DNA of 64,000 nt from Planctomycetota bacterium (GTDB taxonomy: Bacteria > Planctomycetota > SZUA-567 > H5-PLA8), in contig JBBRPR010000006.1 of assembly GCA_038227875.1 (NCBI GenBank), positions 128,001 through 192,000 of the forward strand, read 5' to 3'. The position numbers and the translations under genes are program-made. Below the pieces are notes generated by a model. That model saw only the letters and a program-made list of their open reading frames with translations, did no database searches and was not told the origin of the DNA. Below are positions 28,142 through 36,439 of the stretch, one piece after another (within the stretch, counting starts at the first letter, position 1; every line of letters begins with the position of its first letter).

Positions 28142-29298
28142 GCCGGTGGCGATACCTCGATGCCTGCGTTTTTCAGCGCCGTGCTGTAAACCGATTCGAG
28201 TTTCTCGATCATCTGCCGCTCGTCGTAAACTTCTTCCGCGCGGCGGCGCGCCGCCAGGCCCATTTCTCTCGCGCGCGGCCGGTCGTTGAGCAGCTTTGCC
28301 AGCGCATTCGCGAGCGCCACCGGATCTCCCGGCGGCACGATCGCTCCGGTTTTGCCGTCTTGAATCACTTCGGGAAGGCAGCCGACCGAACTGCCCACGA
28401 TCGGCCGACCCGCGGCCGCGCCTTCCAGACCCACGCGACTGGAACCTTCCGAACCCAGCGACGGCAGCGCGATGACATCGGCTGCCGCGTAGAATTTTTC
28501 GACGTCGTTGCGCATGCCCGTGAACTGAATCAGCGGCGCGGAAATTCCCAGCTCTTTCGCGCGCGCCACCGTGGCGTCAAACGCGCCGGGCGTGCGTTCG
28601 TCGCAGGCGCAGAGCGCCCGCAGGCCCGGGACGCTGCCGTCTTTCACCAGCTTGGCAATGGCACCGAAAAAGACCTCGTGGCCTTTCACTTTTTCCAGGC
28701 GCGCGACCATCAGCGCCAGCGGAGCCTCGGCCGGAATTCCAAACTCCTCGCGAATCGCCGCGCCATCGAGGTTCGGCGAAAAGCGCTGCACATCGACGCC
28801 ATCGGGAATGCAGATCACTTTTTCCGGATCGAATCCCGGCAGCGCGCAAAGGCGTTCGTAGATCACCTGCGAGGGCGTCACCACTTTCGCCGTGAGCTTG
28901 TTGTGCAGGTAGCGGTTGAAGGCGTGCGGCTTGATCGGCACCACGACGCCGCGGCTGCGGATCACGACCGGCTTGCGTTTGGCCAGGCGCGCGCCGAGGC
29001 ACGCGACCCAGGATTCCTGCGAGACATGCGCGTGGACGACGTCGACCTGATGTTCATTGCAGCGCCGCGCCAGTTTGCGGCAATCGGAGGCGTAGTCCAT
29101 CAGCCGGAAACCGCGCCGGAATTTGAAGTCCGGAAAGACCGTCAGGTTCAGCTCGCGCGCCCGCCGTTCGGCCCACGTATCCGGCAGGCAGCCGATCAGT
29201 ACGCGATGTCCCCGCGCCGCCAGCAGCCGCGCCTGACGCACCGCCGTGGCCGCGCGCCCGCCCATGCCGCGAAGCGAGATGAGGTGGAAAAGAGTCAT
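28138..29298 (-). CDS. Glycosyltransferase family 4
   Basis: DVVHAH, IPDGVD..RF, VARL..KGH, PS..EG.....EGAAAGRP; start may extend to TTG 29319. Confidence 0.92.
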   Translation of the reverse strand: MTLFHLISLRGMGGRAATAVRQARLLAARGHRVLIGCLPDTWAERRARELNLTVFPDFKFRRGFRLMDYASDCRKLARRCNEHQVDVVHAHVSQESWVACLGARLAKRKPVVIRSRGVVVPIKPHAFNRYLHNKLTAKVVTPSQVIYERLCALPGFDPEKVICIPDGVDVQRFSPNLDGAAIREEFGIPAEAPLALMVARLEKVKGHEVFFGAIAKLVKDGSVPGLRALCACDERTPGAFDATVARAKELGISAPLIQFTGMRNDVEKFYAAADVIALPSLGSEGSSRVGLEGAAAGRPIVGSSVGCLPEVIQDGKTGAIVPPGDPVALANALAKLLNDRPRAREMGLAARRRAEEVYDERQMIEKLESVYSTALKNAGIEVSPPA

Positions 29299-29332
29299 GC
29301 GCTCTTTTATCTCAGGCAAGGATGAAAAGAAG

Positions 29333-29417
29333 CGGGATTCGGGATTCGGGACTCGGGATTCGCCGAATGCGGACTGGCGACGATTCCCGATTCCCTAATC
29401 CCGAATCCCGAATCCCG
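29333..29417. repeat. Heptamer (CGGGATT/AATCCCG) inverted-repeat element
   Basis: ~4 CGGGATT units, core TTCGCCGAATGCGGAC, ~4 AATCCCG units. Confidence 0.85.
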
Positions 29418-29450
29418 TGGGCAATCCGTCTGCGCGAGATCAATCGCCGC

Positions 29451-30545
29451 TTACTTGAAATTCTGCAGACTCTTTGCCGCTTCGTTCGCGTACTGCGAAC
29501 CGCGGTAGCGGGAGTCGTTGGCCAGCTTGGTGTAGAGCGTCATGGCGCGGATCTTGTCGGGGCCGTGGTCGGGGAAGCCCTTGGCGATCGCTTCCAGGCA
29601 CTGCGCGGCGCGGAAGATCGACTCCGGTTCCGTGCGCATGTCGCCGGTGTACTGGACTTCGTTGCGCAGGTATTCCAGCAGCGCGTCCATCAGCTTGTCC
29701 AGTTTCTTCTGGCCGGAGAGCGCTTCGGCTTCGACCATGTTGACGTTGCCGGCGATCAGGTGCGCGAAGCCGGCGATGTTCGCCGAGGAGCTCTTGTCCA
29801 CGGCCTGCAGCGCCAGTTCCTTGGCCTTGGTCGGGTTCTTCAGTTCCAGCGCGCACTTGGCCTGGCCCATCAGGCAGACGGCCTTGGTTTCGGCCAGGTT
29901 GCTGGCGGAGGCGGCGGAGCTGTACTTGCGCTCGGCTTCAGCCGGCTTCTTCTGTGCCAGCAGCATCTGGCCTTCGTAGTAATCGGCCGTCGCTTTCTGT
30001 TCGGCGCCCTGCGAGCGGAGCTGCTCGAGCAGCTTGCCGACCTTGTTGTACTGGCCGAGCTGGATCACGGCGTCCACCATGCTCGCGATCGAGAGCGGCA
30101 CGTAATAGGACTTGGGCGACGTGGTGATGAACTTTTCGAACGAGGTCACGGCGTCGTCGAGCTTGCCGGTGCGGTACAGGCTCTCGGCCAGCGCGTACGT
30201 GATGAAGGTTTTCACTTCGTTGCGGAGCGGATCGAAGAATTCCGGGTTGCCCGCGATCGACTTAAAGGTACGCGCCGCGGAGGCATACTTGCCGGCCTTG
30301 AAATCCGCCGCGCCGCTGCGGAATTCCGAATCGCCGTCGTATTCGATGTCGGCGATTTCGTTGGCGCTGAAGGACGTCTGACCGTCCTTGCTCGTCACCG
30401 CGACATTGTCCCAATCGCATTGAGTGACGCGGCCACTGACGACCTGGCCCTTTTTAGTCGTGACTTTGTCATCCGCGGCGTGCGAAAGTTGAGCGACGCA
30501 CAACAAAAGAAGCACACCTGCACCGCGAGCAATTCGTCCCGTCAT
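29451..30545 (-). CDS. Secreted TPR protein with N-terminal Sm-like beta domain
   Basis: Signal ...LSHA; DKVTTKKGQVVSGRV; several TPR-like helical repeats (YALAESLY, FEKFI..P.S). Confidence 0.85.
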   Translation of the reverse strand: MTGRIARGAGVLLLLCVAQLSHAADDKVTTKKGQVVSGRVTQCDWDNVAVTSKDGQTSFSANEIADIEYDGDSEFRSGAADFKAGKYASAARTFKSIAGNPEFFDPLRNEVKTFITYALAESLYRTGKLDDAVTSFEKFITTSPKSYYVPLSIASMVDAVIQLGQYNKVGKLLEQLRSQGAEQKATADYYEGQMLLAQKKPAEAERKYSSAASASNLAETKAVCLMGQAKCALELKNPTKAKELALQAVDKSSSANIAGFAHLIAGNVNMVEAEALSGQKKLDKLMDALLEYLRNEVQYTGDMRTEPESIFRAAQCLEAIAKGFPDHGPDKIRAMTLYTKLANDSRYRGSQYANEAAKSLQNFK

Positions 30546-30766
30546 TCGCACAACCTCCCGAAAGCACACGACTTCGTGGAAACTCAAACTTACCGCAGAA
30601 TCTTGCCAAACCTAGTTAGGGGACGTGAGTCTATGCCCTGCCCGCTTTTCCCGCAAGCTCAGCCGACGCGGAATCGACAGACTTACCCATGTGGTGTAAC
30701 GGGCAACCGTGCCAGAACTTGCGGGCGAAACGATGAATTATGATTGTTGAATGATGAATCCGGGCC

Positions 30767-30842
30767 TAGCGCAAATTTGCGCTATGATAAATTATATCGT
30801 TTTGTTGTAGCGTGGAACCCTGTGGCAAATTTACCACAGGGT
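30767..30842. repeat. Pair of AAATTT-centred palindromes
   Basis: TAGCGCAAATTTGCGCTA (30767-30784) and ACCCTGTGGCAAATTTACCACAGGGT (30817-30842). Confidence 0.75.
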
Positions 30843-30926
30843 CGGTTCGGATAGGGGAATGGCGGCAGACGGGAGAAGACCTTTGTGCGTTTGGACACAA
30901 AGGTATCCCTGATCCCTGGCCCCTGC

Positions 30927-31973
30927 TTAACGTACGAGTATCGCGCGCGCTCCCTTCACCAGCTGCTCCCACTGAATCGCCGGCCCCGGATCGATCTTGT
31001 TGGTCTGGATATGGTAATGGCCGAGGATGCCGTGGTAGGCATTGAGTTCGGCGTCGGGAAGTTTGTGGTCGATCAGGTTTCCGGCGGCGTCGTGCGGGTA
31101 GTCGCAGGCCATTTTGGGAAAAACTTTGCAGAGCGCCGCGGTCAGCTTAATCAGTGAATCGTACTGCTGCGGCGTTAAATCGTATTGAAACAGATCCTGA
31201 CCCTGAATGTGGCCGGGAACCAGCTCGTCGCGGCTGGGTCGCGCGATGAAGTTCGGCGTGCGTTCGCCGGTGCCGCCCGCGTCGCCGGGAATTTTGATGC
31301 GCAGCCGTCCGTCGGCATCCTTCTCGTACCACTCGTTGAACGCGGCTTTCTGATCTTCCGGGAAGGCGCCGATATTTGAAATCTCGATGCCGACCGAGCG
31401 CGTGTTGGAGGTCGTGGCGTGCCACGCGCGCTCTTTCAGGTCGAGCGTCTGGTAGATCGTGCCGTCCAGGTCGAGCATGAAATGGACGCTGAGGCACCGG
31501 CCGTCGTGGAGCGTGCGGAAGCAGCGCCGGCTGGTGCCGCTGTGATCGTAATGGAGCACGAACTGATCGACGACCTGCTGCAGCAGCGGCAGATCCCACC
31601 CGCCGCCACGCACTTTTTCGATTTGCTCGGGTGTCAGCGCGTCCTTGCGCAGGCCGAAACGGTTGGGCGTTTTCAATTCCGCGTTCTCGTGAGACGCCTC
31701 CGCCCACGACGATTTCTCAAACGGAACGAAGCGCGATTCGACGCGGTAGGCATCGTAGCCGCCGGGGTCCATCCAGGTGACGACCGGCGCGCCGGTGTGA
31801 AAAAACTGTCCGCAGACGACGATCTCGTCGCCGCTGCGCACCAACCTTTCGCCGGGGAGCTGCGCGGCCGGATCCGGCGAGACAAGCGCCGGAGGTTCCA
31901 CGCGGATGCGATTGCCCGCGAATGCCGCGATCAGCAGACAGGCCGAACCGAGAATCAAAACGCGTTCTTTCAT
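30927..31973 (-). CDS. N-acetylmuramoyl-L-alanine amidase (Amidase_2)
   Basis: FVLHYD, SVHFMLD.DG.IYQ, RAWHA, N..SVGIE, ILGH, KIDPG. Confidence 0.92.
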   Translation of the reverse strand: MKERVLILGSACLLIAAFAGNRIRVEPPALVSPDPAAQLPGERLVRSGDEIVVCGQFFHTGAPVVTWMDPGGYDAYRVESRFVPFEKSSWAEASHENAELKTPNRFGLRKDALTPEQIEKVRGGGWDLPLLQQVVDQFVLHYDHSGTSRRCFRTLHDGRCLSVHFMLDLDGTIYQTLDLKERAWHATTSNTRSVGIEISNIGAFPEDQKAAFNEWYEKDADGRLRIKIPGDAGGTGERTPNFIARPSRDELVPGHIQGQDLFQYDLTPQQYDSLIKLTAALCKVFPKMACDYPHDAAGNLIDHKLPDAELNAYHGILGHYHIQTNKIDPGPAIQWEQLVKGARAILVR

Positions 31974-32917
31974 TTCAAAACCTGAGTGGGCACTGCCGGC
32001 GCAGGGACTGCTGTTGTATCGAGCTTCTGCTCAGCCGACACGAGCGATTTTGCCTCGATGACCTTGCCCCAGCGGTTGACCACGATGACGCCCAGGAGCG
32101 CGAGGGCTCCACCACCCAGCACCGTTGGGCCCAGCTTTTCTCCGAGGAAAAGCCAGCCGAAGAACGTCGCGAACGGCGGCACGAGGTACAGCATCGCCAC
32201 CGCGCGGGAGACGGGCATCACGGCCATCAGGTAGGTCCACGTCACGTACGCCACGGCCGCGGGAAAGACGCCGAGATAGACGATCAGCAGCGTCGGTTGC
32301 AGATCCGCGGCGCGCAACTGCTCGATCGCATGCGGCGCAAAGGGCAGCAGCGGCACCGTGCCGGCCCAGATCATGTACGTCATGAATTCGACCGCGCGGT
32401 ATTTTTTCAGATACGGTTTGTGCAGCACGATGTAGATGCTCGACGAAAACGCCGCGCCGATGATATACAGCGCGTCGGCGTGAAACGAGAAGCCCTTGTT
32501 GCGGCCTTTTACAATCAACAGTACGCCGGACAGACTGAGTGCGATCCCCACCCATCCCGCAGCTTTCAAACGTTCCTTCAATACCCAGCGCGCGATCAAC
32601 ACGGTGAAAACCGGCGACGTGTTGATCAAAAATGCCGTCGTGCCGGCTTCGACCGTGACTTCGCCGATGTTGAGCATCAAGTGGTAGCCGGCGACACCGA
32701 AAAGGCCGCAAACGAAAATCATGGGCACGTCTTTTCTGTCCGGAAGACGCATGCGCGTGATCAGCGCAAAAATGCCCAGCGCCAGCGACGCCGTGGTGAA
32801 GCGCAGCAACGCCAGCGATCCGGGATCGTACGCGTGCAACGCGCCGCGGATCGCGGCGAACGCGGAGCTCCACAGCACTAGCGTGATCAACAGTGCAACG
32901 ATAACGCGGGTGTTCAT
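31970..32917 (-). CDS. EamA/DMT family transporter
   Basis: LWSSAF, LRF, ~10 TM, two EamA repeats; ATG overlaps the upstream stop. Confidence 0.93.
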   Translation of the reverse strand: MNTRVIVALLITLVLWSSAFAAIRGALHAYDPGSLALLRFTTASLALGIFALITRMRLPDRKDVPMIFVCGLFGVAGYHLMLNIGEVTVEAGTTAFLINTSPVFTVLIARWVLKERLKAAGWVGIALSLSGVLLIVKGRNKGFSFHADALYIIGAAFSSSIYIVLHKPYLKKYRAVEFMTYMIWAGTVPLLPFAPHAIEQLRAADLQPTLLIVYLGVFPAAVAYVTWTYLMAVMPVSRAVAMLYLVPPFATFFGWLFLGEKLGPTVLGGGALALLGVIVVNRWGKVIEAKSLVSAEQKLDTTAVPAPAVPTQVLK

Positions 32918-34071
32918 TCGAGGCACAACGGGTGCGTGTCGGTCAGCACTCTGGCTTCCTGCGCCTTGTCGAGCAGCATCTGCGACAACTTCATCGCACC
33001 GGGCTCCAGCCATTCCGGATGCTGCGCCAGTTCGACCAGCAGGCGCACTTCGCCGAGGTAATCGTCGACGACGACATTTTCCGGGCCGATGGTTTTCGAG
33101 CCGTCGGCGCACTGGGCCTGATTGTGGTAATTCCCCAGCGGCAGCGCGACGCCCGAGGCGCGAAAGCCGTACGCGCAGAACGCCGTCGCTTCGCACGAAC
33201 CGCCGTCCATCAGCTTGCGCTGCCACTTGAACGCGGGATCGTCTTTGGCGATAAGCTCCGCCGATTTACAGAGCGCCGCCGTGAGCTGTGGATCGAAAAT
33301 GCTCGAGCGGTCGCCGACGCGCACGATCACTCCCCCACCCTGCGGCGCATGATCGAAGGCCTTCGAACATTCCAGCGAGAGCACGCACGCATCTTTGGGG
33401 ATACTACTGTGCCGGATCGCTTCCAGCGTGCCGAGAAAACCAATCTCTTCCGCGCGCGTGAACAGCCCCCAAACCGGCGCCGCGTCGGCATTCAATTTCA
33501 CCACCGCATCCAACGCGCTCAACGCTGCCGACGCGCCAAGCAGATCGTCGCAGCAGCGCGTCACGATCTTGCCGTCGACGATCGAAAACCCCGGGAAATC
33601 CCACATCGCGATCGCGCCTTCCGGCGCGCGGCCGTCGATCACGCGCGCCGTGGCCGCAACCAGCCGTCCCTTCTCATACGCCACGTCACTCAGTTCGCCG
33701 CTGCCGATCGGATCCGCGGAATCCGTGCTAAAAAAGCGCACACGCAATCCCGCGTGCGCATGCGGTTCGCCCACGTAGCCTTTGAACGCCAGCTTCGCGA
33801 CGCCGTCGGCACAGGACTCCACCCAGAAGCCCGGGTGATCGAGATGCGCGACCAGCACCAGCGGCGCTCTGCGCCTGGCAGCGTCGCTTTTCGGTTCGTA
33901 CCGAACGATCAAATTGCCAGCCGCGTCCTGCGAGAGCGTCAGCCCCGGCCGCGCCGCAACAAATTTCTGAATCATCCGCCGCGGCAACTGCTCCCGCATC
34001 GCCGCCGTCGGCTGCTCGAGGAGATCCTTGGCGATATGCAAGGCGGTTGCAGCGTCGGGGGTGAAAGTCAT
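32914..34071 (-). CDS. M20/M28/M42-type co-catalytic Zn peptidase
   Basis: DAAGNL, VAHLDH, CDDLLG, TRAEEIG, GGSCEA, NYHN. Confidence 0.85.
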   Translation of the reverse strand: MTFTPDAATALHIAKDLLEQPTAAMREQLPRRMIQKFVAARPGLTLSQDAAGNLIVRYEPKSDAARRRAPLVLVAHLDHPGFWVESCADGVAKLAFKGYVGEPHAHAGLRVRFFSTDSADPIGSGELSDVAYEKGRLVAATARVIDGRAPEGAIAMWDFPGFSIVDGKIVTRCCDDLLGASAALSALDAVVKLNADAAPVWGLFTRAEEIGFLGTLEAIRHSSIPKDACVLSLECSKAFDHAPQGGGVIVRVGDRSSIFDPQLTAALCKSAELIAKDDPAFKWQRKLMDGGSCEATAFCAYGFRASGVALPLGNYHNQAQCADGSKTIGPENVVVDDYLGEVRLLVELAQHPEWLEPGAMKLSQMLLDKAQEARVLTDTHPLCLE

Positions 34072-34091
34072 GCTCGGTCCTCTTAACGAAA

Positions 34092-34170
34092 GCGGGATTC
34101 GGGAATCGGGATTCGCCGTGGTCCGTACTCGGCGAATCCCGATTGCCGAATCCCGAATCCCGAATCCCGC
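34092..34170. repeat. Heptamer (CGGGATT/AATCCCG) inverted-repeat element
   Basis: Same family as 29333-29417, in opposite orientation (core reverse complement TTCGCCGAGTACGGAC). Confidence 0.85.
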
Positions 34171-34240
34171 CGTTTCGATGTCGAAGAAGTCTGCATCCAC
34201 GAATATCATTTTTCAAATCGTTCGCGTACAATTAACGCTT

Positions 34241-35410
34241 ATGCACCTGCTGTTCTCTAATCTTCGCCGCAAACCACTCCGTTCGCTGTTGACGATCTTC
34301 GGCATGTCCGTCGCGCTGTTTTTGTTCTGCTTCATCGAAGGCGTGATTGAAGCGTTCAACGCGGGCGTCAACATGGCTGATGCGTCGCGGCTGGTCGTCA
34401 GTCATCGCGAATCGCTGGGCTTTCAACTGCCCATTTCTTACGAGCAGGAAATCCGCCAGATCGAGGGCGTCAAGGCGGTCGCGGGGTTGGTCTGGTTTGG
34501 CGGCTTAAGTCACGAGCAGCTGCCGAACGGCGAGATCCGCGAGGAATTCTTCGCGCAGTTTGGCGGCGATCTCCAGAGTTATCTCTCGATGTATCCGGAA
34601 ATTCATATTCCGCCCGATGAGGCCCGCGCGCTGATGATGGACCGCGGCGGCTGCGTGATGGGCGACAAAATCGCCGCGCGCTTGAACAAGAAAGTCGGCG
34701 ACCGCATCACGCTGAAGAGCACCATCTGGACCAACGACAAGGGTGAATTGTGGGACTTCAATGTCCGCGCGATTTACACAACCGACAATTCGTCCTTCGA
34801 CCGCACCATGATGCTCTTCCACTACAAGTACCTCGACGAAGGCCGCAGCCTTTCGAAAGGTACCGCCGGCGTCTTCGCCGTGTCGATGGCCGATCCCAAC
34901 CGGTATCAGCAGATCAGTCGCGCCATCGACGCGCGTTTTGAGAACAGCCCCTTCGAGACGCGCACACAGACCGAACGCGCGTTCAACATGCAATTCGTCT
35001 CAATGATGGGAAATTTCAAACTGCTCTTCCGTTCGATTGGTTCGGCGGTGGTGCTGACGATGCTGCTGGTCTCCGCCAACACAATGATGATGAGCGCCCG
35101 CGAGCGCACGCGCGAGATGGGCATTTTAAAATCGATCGGCTTTTCCGACGCGCACGTTTTCTTTCTGCTGATCGGGGAAAGTCTGACGCTGGCCGCCATC
35201 GGCGCGTTCTTCGGCGCCTGCGGCTCGCTGCTGATTTTCAACGTCTTCGGCTTCAACCCCAAGCCCGATTTCTTCCCGATCTTTTATCTGCCGATGTCGT
35301 CTTTCTGGAACGCGCTCCTGATCGCCGCCGCCACCGGCCTGATCAGCGGCCTGGTGCCGGGGATCGCTGGCATGAGATTGAAGGCGACGGAAGCGCTGCG
35401 AAGCGTGTAG
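34241..35410 (+). CDS. FtsX/MacB-type ABC permease (start uncertain, possibly 34178)
   Basis: NLRRKPLRSLLT, NTMMMSARERTREMGILKSIGF, ALR C-terminus. Confidence 0.9.
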   Translation: MHLLFSNLRRKPLRSLLTIFGMSVALFLFCFIEGVIEAFNAGVNMADASRLVVSHRESLGFQLPISYEQEIRQIEGVKAVAGLVWFGGLSHEQLPNGEIREEFFAQFGGDLQSYLSMYPEIHIPPDEARALMMDRGGCVMGDKIAARLNKKVGDRITLKSTIWTNDKGELWDFNVRAIYTTDNSSFDRTMMLFHYKYLDEGRSLSKGTAGVFAVSMADPNRYQQISRAIDARFENSPFETRTQTERAFNMQFVSMMGNFKLLFRSIGSAVVLTMLLVSANTMMMSARERTREMGILKSIGFSDAHVFFLLIGESLTLAAIGAFFGACGSLLIFNVFGFNPKPDFFPIFYLPMSSFWNALLIAAATGLISGLVPGIAGMRLKATEALRSV

Positions 35411-35489
35411 GGCGGCTCTTCTGGCCTTCCGCGTGCTTTACGTCCTCCCGCGTATCAGGATCGTCTTCATCCTGTGGGAGTACCCGACA

Positions 35490-36269
35490 ATGAGCGGAAA
35501 ATCTATGCACGCGATGTTGAAGGTCGCCACAGTCGCGCTGCTGGCTGCAACGACTTTATGCCACGCCGGCGACGAGACACGGCAGTCGTTCGATTCCAAT
35601 GGCGTGAAGATCAGTTACCTCGTCGAGGGCAAGGGCGAGCCGGTGGTGTTGATTCACGGCCTCTATTCCAGCGCGGTGATGAATTGGCAGCTTCCCGGGA
35701 TCGTGGGCCTGCTCGCCAAGGATTATCAGGTCATCGCGCTCGACGTTCCCGGCCATGGCCAATCGGACAAACCCGAGACCGACGCGGCGTACGGACTCGA
35801 GATGGTCGAAGACGTGGTGCGCCTGCTGGACCATTTGAAGCTCAAGAAAGCTCACATCGTCGGCTATTCAATGGGCGGCATGATCGCCGCGAAACTCGTC
35901 GCGACGCATCCCGATCGGGTCAGTTCCGTGCTGCTCGGCGGCTGGGGCTGGATGCAGGACGGCTCGTTCCTGCAGAAGTTCTGGGGTGGCTGGAGCAGAA
36001 ACGGGGTGCTCAGCACACCGGGACAGTGCCCGCACAGTCTCGGCAAGCTTGCGCTGACCGAGTCGGAGCTCAAATCGATCACCGTTCCGCTGACCGTGGT
36101 GGTCGGCGAAAAAGATCCGTGCAGGCTGCTTTATGTCGCACCGCTGGAAAGAGCGCGCCCGGACTGCCCGGTCGTGGTCATCCCCGGCGCCGATCATTTT
36201 TCATGCGTGACCAAGCCGCAGTTTAAGGATGAGATTAGGAATTGGCTGAAGCTGCAAAATAAAAAGTAA
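35490..36269 (+). CDS. Alpha/beta hydrolase
   Basis: VLIHG, D.PGHG.S, GYSMGG, GEKD, GADH triad motifs. Confidence 0.92.
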   Translation: MSGKSMHAMLKVATVALLAATTLCHAGDETRQSFDSNGVKISYLVEGKGEPVVLIHGLYSSAVMNWQLPGIVGLLAKDYQVIALDVPGHGQSDKPETDAAYGLEMVEDVVRLLDHLKLKKAHIVGYSMGGMIAAKLVATHPDRVSSVLLGGWGWMQDGSFLQKFWGGWSRNGVLSTPGQCPHSLGKLALTESELKSITVPLTVVVGEKDPCRLLYVAPLERARPDCPVVVIPGADHFSCVTKPQFKDEIRNWLKLQNKK

Positions 36270-36281
36270 GAATCGCGGCGA

Positions 36282-36420
36282 TGGTGCCACGGATGCGTGA
36301 ATTTCAGAGCGCAGCGAAGAAATTCATTCATCCGTGCGTTACGTGTACCCATCAAGACGCGCCAGCACGGATGAACGGACACTTTCGCTACGCTCAAGTA
36401 TCCGCGCATCCGTAGCACCA
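36282..36420. repeat. Composite palindromic element (CACGGATG family) between convergent genes
   Basis: Outer IR TGGTGCCACGGATGCG ... CGCATCCGTAGCACCA with inner CATCCGTG / CACGGATG copies. Confidence 0.75.
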
Positions 36421-36439
36421 AATTGTCCGCACGCCTCGT

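Noticed and set aside
30700..30716. Further sigma54-like sites (30700 minus strand, 56478, 60288)
   Set aside because: GG-to-GC spacing is wrong.
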